The position numbers were made by a program, and so were the translations under genes. Shown piece by piece: positions 12,594 through 25,550 of a stretch of DNA of 64,000 nt; the first letter of the stretch is position 1, and every line of letters begins with the position of its first letter. The notes under the pieces are model-generated. The model saw nothing but the letters and a program-made list of their open reading frames with translations, had not been told where the DNA came from and did no database searches. This stretch comes from Octopus sinensis (Eukaryota), in the NCBI RefSeq assembly GCF_006345805.1, contig NC_043005.1:6820001-6884000 (forward strand), read 5' to 3'.

Positions 12594-14275
12594 ACACATA
12601 TAATACATAACACAGAATGTGGTAGTAAATAAAGAAGAAATTAAATTTTTAAATTTATATTTTCTGTGTGACCCAGTACCAAATGATCCATGACCCAGTG
12701 CAGCTCCATGGTCCAGTGGTTGGGGACCCTGTTCTAAAATATAATTTAAAAGAAATTTGGTAACTATCTCCAGCATGTTGAGTGACCATGCTTAGCTTGC
12801 CATGCTACCTCGGCATATTGTACAGTTATCCCAGTGGTATCTTACAACTGTTTTATCAAGAGTTAGAATGGAGGACTAGATAAAGAAATAGCTAGTGTTT
12901 TTTTATAGAGAAAAACAAAAGAGGTATTAGCTGAGATCAATATTTCATCTCTCAAAACAAAATGCAGTTTGTATCATAGAATTGATATATTTTTATCAAG
13001 CCCATAGCAATGTTTTAATTTTGTGTATGTGTGAAAGACTTGTGAAATAAGAGTGAAAACTTAATTCCTTTTTAGATAAGTACAAGTTACAATGATGTAC
13101 ACATACAGACACAGATACTCAAATATATTTTTCAAACATTTTATATCTAGAAGAACTTTTATTAAAATATATTAAAAATCAGATTTGTATTATTAACATA
13201 CTTCATTCATTCTCTGATTTCAACAAACATCAAATGCTTATAGAAGACAGAGATTTGAAGTGGATACTCAACTTCAAAATAAATAAGTAAATCTTTATAT
13301 GAGTCTTCATCAAAGAGATTTTAACTTTTGGTCATCAGATATGTTTTGTTAATAAGCAATAGTTGAACCATAAGGGGGCACATGTAAGTTCCATAACATC
13401 TAAGAAATTTAAATGAAATAAAAAAAAAAATTGAAATGATTTATTTTTATAATAACATTTGTTAGATATATTTAAATCTATAGCCAACAATAAAAGTTGA
13501 TTATTGCTTATGGGAAATTTATCTTACATCTATTTTTTAAACACATCTATTTTGTTAAGCTATTAGCAATGCCAATTTTTTTACTATTAATTTCAGAGAG
13601 CATCTATGTATATCATTAGTTTAACAATTAATCAGATATTTTTAGTGATTAAGCTGTGTCTTTTATAATTACAAAAATCAATACTTATCTATCCTTTTTT
13701 TTAACAAGCCATTTATAGAACTGAACAGCAGTCATGCCTTTAAATCTTTATATAGTGCTTCTAAGACTGCAGCATATAGGAGTGGAATGTTTTCATGTAT
13801 CAGTAGCAATTTGTTTATTTTGTCTTTTTTTAAAAAAAAATATGCTTTGTATTATGCTCAAAATATTTATGGTGTCATTATATCAGACATGGAGGACACA
13901 TGAAGCAGAATTATCAATCTTTGTTTTCCTGCAGAGAGTTGCTGCATTGGGCTAATGCAGTCTTGTAAAGTTATATAAAATATAATGAAAGTGATAACAA
14001 GGTATAGGATTATACTGTTTTATGGAACACCATACTGAAGTTTAAAAGAAAATTATATTTACTGGACAAAATATACAGGAATGTTTTGATAAGTCTGTGA
14101 TGTTCTTTTGATTTAGGTCTTAATATAACCTTGATTTTGTCTAAGATGCAAGTACATTTCTCTTCTATGTATATCATGGAATATGTAAGTGTGTTAATAA
14201 TGTATTTACATTGATTTAAACTATGTTTACTAATAGTATGTTTACTAATAGTATGAAATATAATTTAATTAATGC

Positions 14276-14500
14276 ATTATTTACATTTGACGGATATTTG
14301 TCCTCATCTTGTTTGTTGTTAACCCTCCAGCCTTCTTCAGATGTCTTGGGGAAATTTCGAGCCTGGGTTCTCATTCCTAAGGTATTCTTCGATGTTATTA
14401 TTATTATTATTGTTGTTCAGGTCACTGCTTGGAACTGAACTTGGAATCTTGGGGTTAGTAGCCTGCGCTTTTAACCACTATGCTATATGCCCGTGGGCAT
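14276..14500 (-). mobile_element. tRNA-derived SINE family E
   Basis: Minus head GGGCATATAGCATAGTGGTTAAAAGCGCAGGCTACTAACCCC...AAGTTCAGTTCC. Homologous to 12139-12330. Confidence 0.8.
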
Positions 14501-14660
14501 ATAATTGATATTATAATTAATATTATAAGGTTGCCTCTACATCTCCCTCACAACACACCAACCATTATAATGGAACAGTTCCCAGCTAGAACACATTTCA
14601 TCATAGACCTGGTAGATCATGATTGACCTTAGGACTAAACAACTAATAAATTTAATCTCA

Positions 14661-14846
14661 CGTAAAAAGCACCCACTACACTCACGGAGTGGTTGGCGTT
14701 AGGAAGGGCATCCAGCCATAGAAACACTGCCAGATCAGACTGGGCCTGATGCAGCCTTCTGGCTTCACAGATCCCAGTTGAACCGTCCAACCCATGCTAG
14801 CATGGAAAGCGGACGCTAAATGATGATGATGATGATGATGATGATG
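14661..14846 (+). mobile_element. Family D retroposon 3' end with (GAT)n tail
   Basis: GGTTGGCGTTAGGAAGGGCATCCAGC...CATGCTAGCATGGAAAGCGGACG then (GAT)n. About 11 copies in the window. Confidence 0.9.
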
Positions 14847-15029
14847 AATGCTTGTTTAACATTGTCTGCTTACATGAAAAAGCTAGCATGATACAGTATC
14901 TGTTGCTACTATGATTTCATCTGTGAGATCTTTGAGTTTGTGAGGTATAAACTACTTTCACATATCAAATTACAAATTACTTCTGCTTTAGTTATCCTCT
15001 ATTAACAGTTTACATCTCCTTTTTTATCC

Positions 15030-15390
15030 AGAGCTTATAAGAAGCATATTCAAAGAGTTCACAAATGTGTGGTATTGAGATATGGACATTGATTGTTGAA
15101 GGTCTGTGAAATGTGCCCAGAATGGTTCATGTCATGGGTAACTTTCACAAAGGACAGAATACAAGTGAGCTGTGAAAAACGACTGGTATTAAATGTATCA
15201 GCTGATGTGTTGTTTAGGGATGTGATACAAAAGCGTTGAGAACAGAAAGTACATGAAGTAGGGGAATCCGGAGAAAACAACATGGAAATAAATGGCAATG
15301 TATATATCTTAGTTGACTGTTATTCTGGTCACATGTAGATGAAATGTAGAGATGGTAGAGATCCCTGAAGCAGGAGAATCTGAAAATGGT
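15030..15390 (+). pseudogene. Heavily decayed RTE-type LINE C-terminal fragment
   Basis: Relic motifs resemble ETWTL and LRW.GHV.RM..R..KQ across several stops. Confidence 0.5.
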
Positions 15391-15397
15391 TTTTGTG

Positions 15398-15435
15398 TCT
15401 TCTTCTTCTTCTTCTTCTTCTTCTTCTTTCTTCTT

Positions 15436-15498
<63 letters not shown>

Positions 15499-15590
15499 TT
15501 CTTCTTCTTCTTCTTCTTCTTCTTCTCTTCTTCTTCTTCTTCTTCTTCTTTCTTCTTCTTCTTCTTCTTCTTCTTCTTCTTCTTCTTCTT
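15398..15590. repeat. (TTC)n microsatellite
   Basis: Seen directly. It explains the poly-E/K/S/F/L ORFs. Confidence 0.97.
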
Positions 15591-15871
15591 CCAATCAGGA
15601 CTCATGCCATTAGCCACAAAGAATAATGTCTAATTTGAGCCTACTCTAAGCTACTAAGAATGTGTGTGGCAACTTAAAGATCCACCCACCACTCGCAATA
15701 GACTGGTGGCTGCATGGGTGTGAAAGCTATGTTGTTATCCTCATTCCATAAACAGCTTTTAACGGGTGGAGAGCTGAACCATCGTGGGGTACAGAGGATT
15801 CGCAATCTAGACTAGGGTCTGAAAGTTTACCACACCATAGTGGATTACACCATGGTTCCTCTGCTTTGTGG

Positions 15872-16071
15872 CAGAAGTAGGAAGAAAGAGTGAGAGAAAG
15901 TTGTGGTAAAAGAGTACAGCGGGGTTCACCACCACCCCACCGGAGCCTCATGGAGCTTAGGTGTTTTTGCTCAATAAACACTCACAATGCCCAGTCTGGG
16001 AAATGGGAATTAAAACCGCATTTTTACGACCGTGAGTCCGCTGCCCTAACCACTGGGCCACTGCACCTCCA
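15872..16071 (-). mobile_element. SINE family A, 5' half
   Basis: Minus head GGAGGTGCAGTGGCCCAGTGGTTAGGGCAGCGGACTC. Confidence 0.88.
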
Positions 16072-16142
16072 CTGTTGTTGATAGTGGTGGTGGCAGTGGA
16101 AGCAATGACAACACAAACAGAAACGCTCCCCATGTCAATACC

Positions 16143-16367
16143 TATTTCTTTATCACCCACAAGGGGCTAAACATAGAGGGGACAAACAAGGACAGACATA
16201 GGTATTAAGTTGATTCCATCGACCCCAGTGCGTAACTGGTACTTAATTTATCGACCCCGAAAGGATGAAAGGCAAAGTCAACCTCGGCGGAATTTGAACT
16301 CACAGCATAACGACAGACAAAATACGGCTACACATTTCGCCCGGTGTGCTAACGTTTCTGCCAGCTC
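16143..16367 (-). mobile_element. SINE family C with long TSD
   Basis: Near full-length C. Direct repeat GCTCCCCATGTCAATACC at 16125-16142 and 16364-16381. Confidence 0.92.
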
Positions 16368-16989
16368 CCCATGTCAATACCATTGATATCACTGCTTACC
16401 ACAGCAATTTATGATGCAGGCAATGGTGATGAAGAAGGACTTAGCTCTGCAGCAACTAATGTTGCTGATAAGGATTTACTTCTTCTGAAGCAACCCAGGT
16501 TCTTTTAAAGTTTGAAATTAATGGCTCACACCAGTTATTTCATCACTACCAATTACATCCATTTATCATATACTTTGAATTTTGCGTGAAGAAATAATCT
16601 GTTAATCCTCAGCATAGGTTCGTTAAATTCTATCCTTCATCTTTACACCTTAAACTGTAATTAGTCCTAATTAAGTCATCAAAGAAAGATGCTTTTACTT
16701 CTACTAAAGAACCTGCATTGTTTTCTTACCTGTGTTTCCCAGCTATTTATTGTAACATACCATACAAAAATAGATTTAGATACTTAAGTAGAAGCAACAC
16801 ACTATCTGTCACTTTGTACTGTCAACCATTATTTGAAAATACTGTGCGGACCCTGAACTAACTAAAATATGACATCTGAGATGAAAAAACAACTATCATT
16901 TATCAATTACTTCTAAATGCCCGACTACACTTCTGCTCAAGCTACTTCTGCTGTTACATCATCATTGTATCATTGTATAAGCATCATGA

Positions 16990-17581
16990 GCTTATACAAG
17001 TGAGCCATGGATTGTAATAATCCAAAGGGAGCTAGATCCAAACTATATGCTGAGGTGGCATCAGTTCAATTTCCTCAAATTCCTGGAGCTTATTCTGGGT
17101 TGTTTGAGTGGTATGAGATCTTGTTTTGTCTAACTTCAGAAGGGCCTTCTTTCTGTTGCCATTGCCGATTATAAATTTTACAACACCCCATCTGTTCAAA
17201 GTAGAGGTTGGCATCGATGGTTTGCCCATCCAAAATGAACTCATTGTGAATTATCTCCTCCAACGCCTCAGAATAAATTCCAGAAACTCAAGGGAATTGA
17301 ACTGATGCCCCACTTGGCATAGAGTCCAGACCAAGTTCCCATGGATTATTACTTGTGAATCTATGGTTCACTTCTTGAGATCCTTATGCTTCATCAACTG
17401 GAAAGTGAAAGTTCCAGTGAAGGAGTTCTTTGCCTCAAAAGACAAGAATTGGTTGAAAGGTGACTTCAGACAGTGCAACATGATGGCCTCTACTTTGAAT
17501 ACTGGGTTGCTTTTTTTGTAACTTGAGGAATAAAGTAAATAAGTAACCAAAATACTACAAAGCTTTCGACCCAACCCAATA
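16990..17581. mobile_element. Two back-to-back mariner transposase relics: minus 16990-17245; plus 17255-17510 with right TIR ending 17579 then TA
   Basis: Minus: EFILDGQTIDANLYFEQM...IELMP...DLAP...QSMAH. Plus: GIELMPH.A.SPD...DYYL...VKEFFASKDKNW...HDGLYFEY. The TIR reads TA|TTGGGTTGGGTCGAAAG from the right end. Confidence 0.78.
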
Positions 17582-17721
17582 TTGAAGTAATAGGTTAAAC
17601 AAACACCTTTAGTGAATATCATTATATTTTTCCAAGAAATGTTTTGCCACATCACATGACATTTAATCTTTCCTACTATTATTTGCTATTTTATTGAATA
17701 ACATATTATGAACATTTTTTT

Positions 17722-18118
17722 TCTTTATATATAAAAGTGAGGTTGTGTGCTGTCTGTCTCCTACGATTTAGATTCCTAACTACTCCCACATTTTGTGGTG
17801 CAGTTTAACCAAAACCGGGTATCTTATAGTCGTGATTCATATCGAACCTTTCTGGGTATTAGCGTGCGTCTACGATGAGTCTATGATTTAAAAAAAATTT
17901 ACTATCAATTTTTCCCATTTTTAATGCATTTTTGGCATATATAAGGGAAGTAATTCTCTAAAAATTTATTATTAAATCTCAGAACGTAAAAAGCTACAGT
18001 AACACCCACCCCCTTTGTGGTTAACCATATTGAGATGGCTATTATACTTTACATCTCTAAAAATGCCTATATAGTTATTTCCCTTACAAACCCGAGCAAC
18101 GCCGGGCGATACTGCTAG
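17722..18118 (+). mobile_element. Non-autonomous Helitron (copy 2)
   Basis: TCTTTATATATAAAAG ... CCCGAGCAACGCCGGGCGATACTG CTAG|T. Inverted homologue of 9003-9391. Confidence 0.88.
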
Positions 18119-20494
18119 TGTTATCTAAAGTCTTTGTTTTCATATTAAGAATTTAAGATAAATTTTATCATTGCATCCCCTTTAAGAAACAGAAGTAATG
18201 AAAAATAGTGCCGTTTGGTTACTGTATCTTTTTATCTTACTTTCCAAACAATTTGTCACTATTTCTGAAATTTCTGTTGACCCTTCCAGTCAAATACTTC
18301 CTTACAAAGTATTGTTTTTTTTTAAATACTTCTATGAAGAATCTAAAAGAAACACAAACATCCTAAGAAAATCTTTTACATGGAAGGCTTCCATTTAAAG
18401 GAATGCTACACTTGTCAACCCCTCTTCTTACATGTGTTCATGTAAGGCACTAACCTGTAACTTTCATGCACTTTATTAGCAACTCCTATCAGACACATCC
18501 TTCTTGTATTGAAATAAAGTCATGTCAGGCAATGGGCAATATCCTTCTTCATCATAAAAGAAAAGAAAAGAAAAGACAATAAGCTAGACCTTTCTTTACA
18601 TTTCCTGACATATTATCACTATTAGTAAGATTTCATCTCAGGTCCTAAATTAAAAAGCATCTCTAAATTCTCTTTATTTTGCAGTTCATTTGTGTTCTTT
18701 TCTGTTTGTGTATTTCCTTTTTAACAGAAATCAATTGCATCAACTTCATTTTATTTATTTTCTCAACGTTCCACTCAAAGGAGTTCTCCATAAGTCAGAA
18801 GTCCAGCCTTTCCTTCCAAGAAAAGCAAACATAATTCAAAAGCAGTATAATCTATAATCCTGGAAGTATTATAGGGAGAGGAAGGGACAGAGACAAAGTG
18901 AGTGGACGAAAAAGAGAAACAGATTAAGACTAAGGAAAACAATCTCATCCAAGGTTAAAACGGTAAAGGATTAATTTCCCTGTTTGTGTTATAGTAAGAT
19001 TATGAGGTGTAAATACCAGTGATATGGATTCACAAGCATTAAATTATGGACATACACAGCATTATTTATATCTATGAGAAAGAATGAGATTAACCCTTTC
19101 ATGTGTGGAGCAGCTGGCAGCACTCAGATTACATCTATATCAAAATCATTTGAAAATAGTTAGATCCAAATCTTTTTCTTTTTATATATTTTATGCACAC
19201 ACCCCTTCACTTTCACTTTAGCCCATTGACAAAGGATTTACACTTAAAATGGTATGTAGTAGCCATTATAAATGCTGTCAGCAGATGTGAACTTGAAAAG
19301 TTTTAAGTAGAGGATTTGAGAGACAGCTGAATAAGTAGTCCTGATAAATAGAAAAGTCTGAATAAAAGAAACTTCACTGCAAAGTTATTTTTTTTAATAA
19401 TCTTCCCATGCTAAAGAAATCTTGGCCATGAGACTTGAGACTTACATTATGGTTAAACTGGAGTGGAGGAAAGAAATTAAACCACTTATGAATGACTAAG
19501 AGCTGAATTATGATGACTTGCTACAGAAATGACTAAATTAAGCTATGACGAGTAAATTAGCTAACAGTGAGAATATTATGACAGAAAAGAAAATTTTGGT
19601 TATAAAATTCTGTTCAGATTTTAAAAATAATATTTCAGTATAGTAGATTAGGATTTTCTACAATGAAGTTTAAAGAATTACTGTTACAGAAGAATGACAT
19701 AAAACTTTCCTTAATGATCAGGTGTGCAAATGAAGTTAATTGTTAAGCAAAAATAACAAGAATAATAAAAATTATTTGGGAAATATATGGAAAATTATGA
19801 AATATATATAGAATTATAAAAAAGAAAATAAGAAATGTTGAGTACAAAGTTTAAAAATTAACCTAAATGTGGTCTAAGAGTTTGTTATAAAATGTTTCCA
19901 TTTGCCATGTTGACAAGAATGCAGGGAATAATATTCAAATGTGTATTTTTTGATAAAGCAAAATAATTCACACAACCCAAAATTCCACAATAAACTGTTT
20001 GAAATTTCAAGCTTTCAAATTTCAAATAATAAGACAATTATGTCAAAAAGGTTAAGTTTTATCACAGGTAGTTTGGGAAACACTTTTAAATATGACTAGC
20101 TTTCTTTTCTGTGGGGTCAAATTATATTTTACAGAGAGAAGTTTTAGGCAACATCAATCAGAGAATATAAGACAAACTCAACATCCATTATCTTGTTTCA
20201 GATTTCTGGTTTGTCATTACTGACTTTTTCCTATGTTCCATATGACATTCAATCAGAAATTGCATTTTGAAGCTTTTCAGCTTGATGAGTGTGCACAACG
20301 ATTGCTGTTGCTTGAAAAATTTAGGTCTCTTATTTCAGATATCTCCACATATACACTATCTGTCTAGAAGGTAAGCTAGGTTATGACTGCACAGATATGT
20401 TTGGTTAAAATAATAATCCTTCAGTTGTGTCAGATAGGCATGTTCTATCAAACTATTGAAGAGCAACACTGAACATATATTTTTAAACTTAAGT

Positions 20495-22135
20495 CATCAT
20501 CATCATCATCATCATTTAACGTCCGCTTTCCATGCTGGCATGGGTTGGACGGTTTGACTGAGGGCTGGCGAACCAGATGGCTGCACCAGGCTCCAATCTT
20601 GATCGGGCAGTGTTTCTACAGCTGAATGCCCTTCCTAACGCCAACCACTCCGAGAGTGTAGTGGGTACTTTTACGTGCCATCAGCACAGGGGCCAGTCAG
20701 GTGGTACTGACAACGACCTCACTTGAATCTTTTTACACATGCCACCAGCACAGGTGCCAGTAAGGCGATGCTGGTAACGATAAGTGTAGATGCAAATTGA
20801 AATGTTTTGCAGGTCATATAATAAATCAAATGGGAAATATCCAGTGCTATGTAATGCCACATCGCCAAACTGGACACATGTACCACTATTCTGTATATAT
20901 ATTCACTTTACAATACATCATCATCATCATCATCATCGTTTAACGTCCGCTTTCCGTGCTAGCATGGGTTGGACGATTTTGACTGGGGTCTGGGAAGCCA
21001 GGAGGCTGCACCAGGATCCAATCTGATCTGGCAGTGTTTCTACAGCTGGATGCCCTTCCTAACGCCAACCACTCTGTGAGTGTAGTGGGTGCTTTTTACG
21101 TGCCACCGGTGCAGAAGCCAGTCAAGGCGGCACTGGCATCGACCACGCTTGGATGGTGCTTTTTACGTGCCACCGGCACAGGTATCACAACTACAATTTC
21201 CATTTGATATTTATTTTGATGTTGATTTACTCGACTCAATAGGTCTCCTCAAGCACAGCAGGTCGCCCTACAATCCAAGGTAAGCACCACTGCTGAATTA
21301 AGTAACTTTTATACGGGTCAACGAGTCCATATTTTCATCTTAGCAGGTATGTGTCATCCTCTCATATGTTTATTAACTTTCATCAATCAAAAAATTTTGA
21401 ACAATTCAATCTAACACTTAGTTCCCTGACATGAATGTGATGAAACATCCGAAAAGATGACATACGCATGTTAGCATATTAAATGCTATCTTAGTAATGT
21501 AAATTTAAATATCTTTAAATATCTTATTCTCACAGTACCACACCATTTGAGTTCAAACCTATCACATACTTGCTTTTTATATTCTACATTATATTAGGAA
21601 TTTGAGTTTGCATTTACTTTAAAAATGTAACTGTATTTGTTATTAATGTTTGATCATCATCATCATCATCATCGTTTAACGTCCGTTTTCCATGCTAGCA
21701 TGGGTTGGATGGTTCGACCGGGGTCTGGGAAGCTAGGAGGTTGCATCAGGCTCCAGTCTGATCTGGCAGTGTTTCTACAGCTGGATGCCCTTCCTAATGC
21801 CAACCACTCCATGAGTGTAGTGGGTACTTTTTATGTGCCACTGGCACAAGAGCCAGGAGAGGCTGGCAAACGGCCATGATCGGTTGGTGCTTTTATGTGT
21901 CACCAACACGGATGCCAGTCAGGCAGTGCTGGCATCTGCCATGTTCAGACGGTGCTTTTTACATGCCACCAGCACGGGTATCTTAACTACAATTTCCATT
22001 TGATTTTTATTTTGATGTTGGTGTTGACGTACTTGACTCAATAGGTCTCCTCAAGCACAACAGGTCACTCTACGATCCAAGGTTAGCACAGCAGGCCGTC
22101 CTGCGAGCCATGACCTCACTTCATTCGTCAGGTTG
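20495..22135 (-). mobile_element. Three same-orientation family D retroposons (20495-20782, 20916-21290, 21655-22135)
   Basis: Each begins with (CAT)n followed by the D body. The longer copies extend into ~65-bp GTGCCACCGGCAC-type units and an RTE-like upstream segment (GCTGTGCTTGAGGAGACC). Confidence 0.88.
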
Positions 22136-22557
22136 AAAAACTATATATAATTTATGGCATTGTAGCTAGTTATGTTACTTAAATGGCCTGATTGAACTGG
22201 GCAATGTTCAGCACTTTCAGGGTAAGGGAGTAGAAATACAAAATCAATAAACAGAATTTTCACAATGAAAGTAAACAAAGATCTGAAAGGCTGACACAAG
22301 CATTGCTAGGATTAAAAATATGGTTTTAGGGATACAATTCAAGTGCCTTATTTGACGGAATCATGTAAGTGTATGAAACACTGATCAATGTACCTAAGTG
22401 TCAACAAGAGTGTGTGCTTGAGGAAACGTGAGTCACAAGCAGATATTCAATATTTGATTCTCTGTTATATGAGTCATTTCAGTTTGCATCCAGTTAATTA
22501 AAAATTATAATCATGTATTCATTGATTACTCCTTTGTTTTTGTCAAGATTTTATATG

Positions 22558-22743
22558 TATGTGTGGTAAGTAGCTTGCTTACCAACCACGCGAATCCAGG
22601 TTCAGTCCCACTGCATGGCACTTTGGGCTGTTGTGCCTTCTACTATAGCCTCTGGCCAACCAAAGCCTTGTGAGTGGATTTGGTAGGTGGAAAGTGAAGG
22701 AAGCCTGTCATATATATGCATATACATATACATATACATATAC

Positions 22744-22793
<50 letters not shown>

Positions 22794-22915
22794 TATATAT
22801 ATATTGGCCTGCTCACTTAGCCAGCGGGGTGGCATCATTCGAAGGCTAAAACAATGCGAACGCATTGTGACCAGCGATGTGTAAAAACATCTGATGGTCT
22901 GGTCGGTCACGTGAT

Positions 22916-22960
<45 letters not shown>

Positions 22961-23074
22961 CGTGATCACCGTGACCGACCAGGCTATCAAATGTTGCTTC
23001 ACATCGCTGGTCACAATGCGCTTTACATTGTTTTAGCCTTCAAATGATGCCACCCCGCTGGCTAAGTGAGCAGG

Positions 23075-23154
<80 letters not shown>

Positions 23155-23395
23155 TGTATATGTATGTGTGTGTATGTTTGTGTGTGTGTCTGCGTCTGTT
23201 CACTCTACCATTGGTTGACAACCGAAGCTGGTGTGTTTATGTCCCCATAACTTAGCATTTCAGCAAAAGAAACCAACAGAATAAGTACAAGGCTTACAAA
23301 GAATAAGTCCTGGGGGCAAATTGTTTGGCTAAACGTGGTGCTCCAGCATGGCCACAGTCAAATGACTGAAACAAATGGAAGAATAAAAGAATATA
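22558..23395 (+). mobile_element. SINE family B split by an expanded internal (TA)n that carries two inverted 117-bp modules
   Basis: Head at 22558-22715; 3' half resumes at ~23160 and runs to the tail at ~23395. Confidence 0.85.
22804..23078. repeat. Tail-to-tail pair of ~117-bp modules (22804-22922 plus, 22957-23078 minus) around (TA)n
   Basis: Both begin at TTGGCCTGCTCACTTAGCCAGCGGGG and end in CACG(G)TGATCACG(G)TGA(TA)n. The same module is the 3' tail of the SINE at 31768-32062. Confidence 0.9.
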
Positions 23396-23553
23396 TACAT
23401 ATACAGGCGATCTTTAAGATCTTTAAGATGTATATATTCTTCTATTTGTTTCAGTCATTTGACTGTGGCCATGCTGGAGCACCATGTTTAGCCAAACAAT
23501 TCGCCCCCAGGACTTATTCTTTGTAAGCCTAGTACTTATTCTGTTGGTTTCTT
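23267..23553. repeat. Fold-back inverted duplication of a SINE B tail (arms 23267-23400 and 23428-23553)
   Basis: The arms share private non-consensus variants and include non-SINE flank AAGAATATATACAT; 27-bp spacer. Confidence 0.85.
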
Positions 23554-23794
23554 CAACTAAATTCACTCATAAAACATTGGTTGTTCCAGAACATATATAG
23601 TATAGTACAGTAGAAGATACTTTGGTTTAGCCCCACTGTTGTGCAATGGGCCTAAACCAAAATCCACATGGATGTGATGCAAAAAAATAATAACCATCAT
23701 CATTTTAATGTTTACTTTTCCATGCTTGCAGAGGTCAGACGGAATTTATTGTCTATGCTCAGATGCCTTTCCTATCACCAACACTTAAAAAAAA

Positions 23795-24290
23795 ATACCC
23801 TTCATCAGGCATTTGCCATATCCTGAACGCCTTACTTCCCTGGGCATGGACACATTGAAATTCCGACGTCTGGCAGCTGACTTGGCAGACACCCATAAAA
23901 TTATTAACCATCTTACAAACAATAACTCTGAGCACCTTTTCAAACTCCACCCATCTAACACCCGTGGACATATTTACAAAGTCAGAAAACAGCACAGCTC
24001 CCATGACTTCAGGAAACATTTTTTCACGCTGAGAGTTGCTGAAGCATGGAACAAACTGCCGGCATCAGTTGTTAGTTATCGGAGCACTGCATCCTTCAAA
24101 ACTTCCATGCTTTCTGAGATTCGCCAACACTACACCTGATTTTCTCCCCTCCATACACACACAGGCATGTATCTGACTCATACATTGTTCGCTTTCCAAA
24201 CATTTTTACATTACTGCATGTACTTTATATGCACTTCCTGACAAGTTGTGGTGCACCTGAGCACTGTATACAATAAGTTCATTATTATTT
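23795..24290 (+). mobile_element. CR1-clade LINE 3' end (ORF2 C-terminus, 3' UTR, ATT tail)
   Basis: ORF 23813-24139: YPERLTSLGMDTLKFRRLAADL..THKI...TRGH..K...RKHFFTLRVAEAWNKLP..VV...ST.SFK, the typical CR1 C-terminus. Confidence 0.88.
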
Positions 24291-24601
24291 TAACTGTTTC
24301 AGACCAAGGTAGTATTTCCCCGTGCCAGACAGGCTTTCATAGTAAATTGGAAATGAACAGCACTGATTTGATCATGATGTCATTCATGTACAACTATTGA
24401 GTGATCTATATATGTTTAAGTGCATACACACACACACACGCACACACGTATACATGATAGACTTTCCCTCGAAACTAAGATATGACCATCCAGTGACCAT
24501 CCACTGAGCATACCTAGTCATTAAATTAGTTAAATCATAAGACACAAGCACAAGAATCTTTATGTAGTTCTCATGTAGAATCAATGTGATATAGTGTGGC
24601 A

Positions 24602-24719
24602 CAGTGTGACAATGTTGGGCTTTTAAATTACAAGTACTGTTGACCCAAAAGGGTCCTGCACAATTTCTCTCAAGGCTTGGTCAAATGTTTTAAAAGGCAC
24701 TCACCCTTGATGTCACACT
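24602..24719. mobile_element. Possible short MITE
   Basis: Terminal inverted 10-mers CAGTGTGACA / TGTCACACTA. No clear TSD. Confidence 0.35.
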
Positions 24720-24746
24720 ATGAAATTGAACAAAGACTTGATGATT

Positions 24747-24860
24747 GCAAACTACTACTACTACTAATAAAATAATAATAATAATAATAATAATAACAAC
24801 AACAACAACAACAACAATACTGCTGCTGCTGCTGCTACTACTACTGCTACAACTACTGGT
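24747..24860. repeat. Mosaic trinucleotide tract (ACT/AAT/AAC/CTG/CTA)
   Basis: Seen directly. Confidence 0.9.
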
Positions 24861-25195
24861 ACAACTACTACAGTTTGTTTACCTCTCAACACTGGTTAGC
24901 ACTACTACTACTATATATGTTCTGACCAGTCAGTTTGCGAGCGCAAGTCAGTCACTGATATTGACTGTTCTATTATAAACCTGGCTTCTATCTGTCCAGA
25001 GTTATCTCTTTCTGGCATCCCCTACTGAGGAAGGCTAAAGAACCAGAAATGTGTTTGGGATTCTTGAGCAGATAAGGTGCTTTCACTCCTTTTATCATAA
25101 GCGAGAAATTTTTTCTCCTCAGTAAAATGTAGTGATTTTGCCTTTTGGAGTTAAAATATATCACAAACATGTTTGAACAAACCTAAAGTTTGTTT

Positions 25196-25550
25196 ACTCT
25201 TTACTCTTTACTCTTTTACTCTTTTACTTGTTTCAGTCATTTGACTGCGGCCATGCTGGAGCACCGCCTTTAATTGAGCAACTCGACCCCGGGACTTATT
25301 CTTTGTAAGCCCAGTACTTATTCTATTGGTCTCTTTTGCCAACCGCTAAGCAACGGGGACATAAACACACCAGCAATGCTAGGGGGACAAACACAGACAC
25401 ACAAACATACACGCACACACACATATATATACATATATACGACAGGCTTCTTTCAGTTTCCGCCTACCAAATCCACTTACAAGGCTTTGGTTGGCCCGAG
25501 GCTATAGTAGAAGACACTTGCCCAAGGTGCCACGCAGTGGGATTGAACCT
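25196..25550 (-). mobile_element. SINE family B (5'-truncated)
   Basis: Matches the other B copies; (TTTTACTC)n tail. Confidence 0.9.

Larger units (their letters stand above)
11477..12731. mobile_element. hAT (Charlie/MER1-like) MITE expanded by nested insertions
   Basis: TIRs CAGTAGTCTCCAACC (11477) and GGTTGGGGACCCTG (ending 12731). 8-bp flanks TTCTAAGG / TTCTAAAA resemble the Charlie-type NTCTAGAN target. Confidence 0.75.

Noticed and set aside
15214-15633. Poly-E/K/S/F/L ORFs
   Set aside because: Read-through of a (TTC)n tract.
20281-20370. Possible 90-bp exon ending AAG|GTAAGC
   Set aside because: One open frame but no recognisable protein similarity or supporting neighbouring exons.
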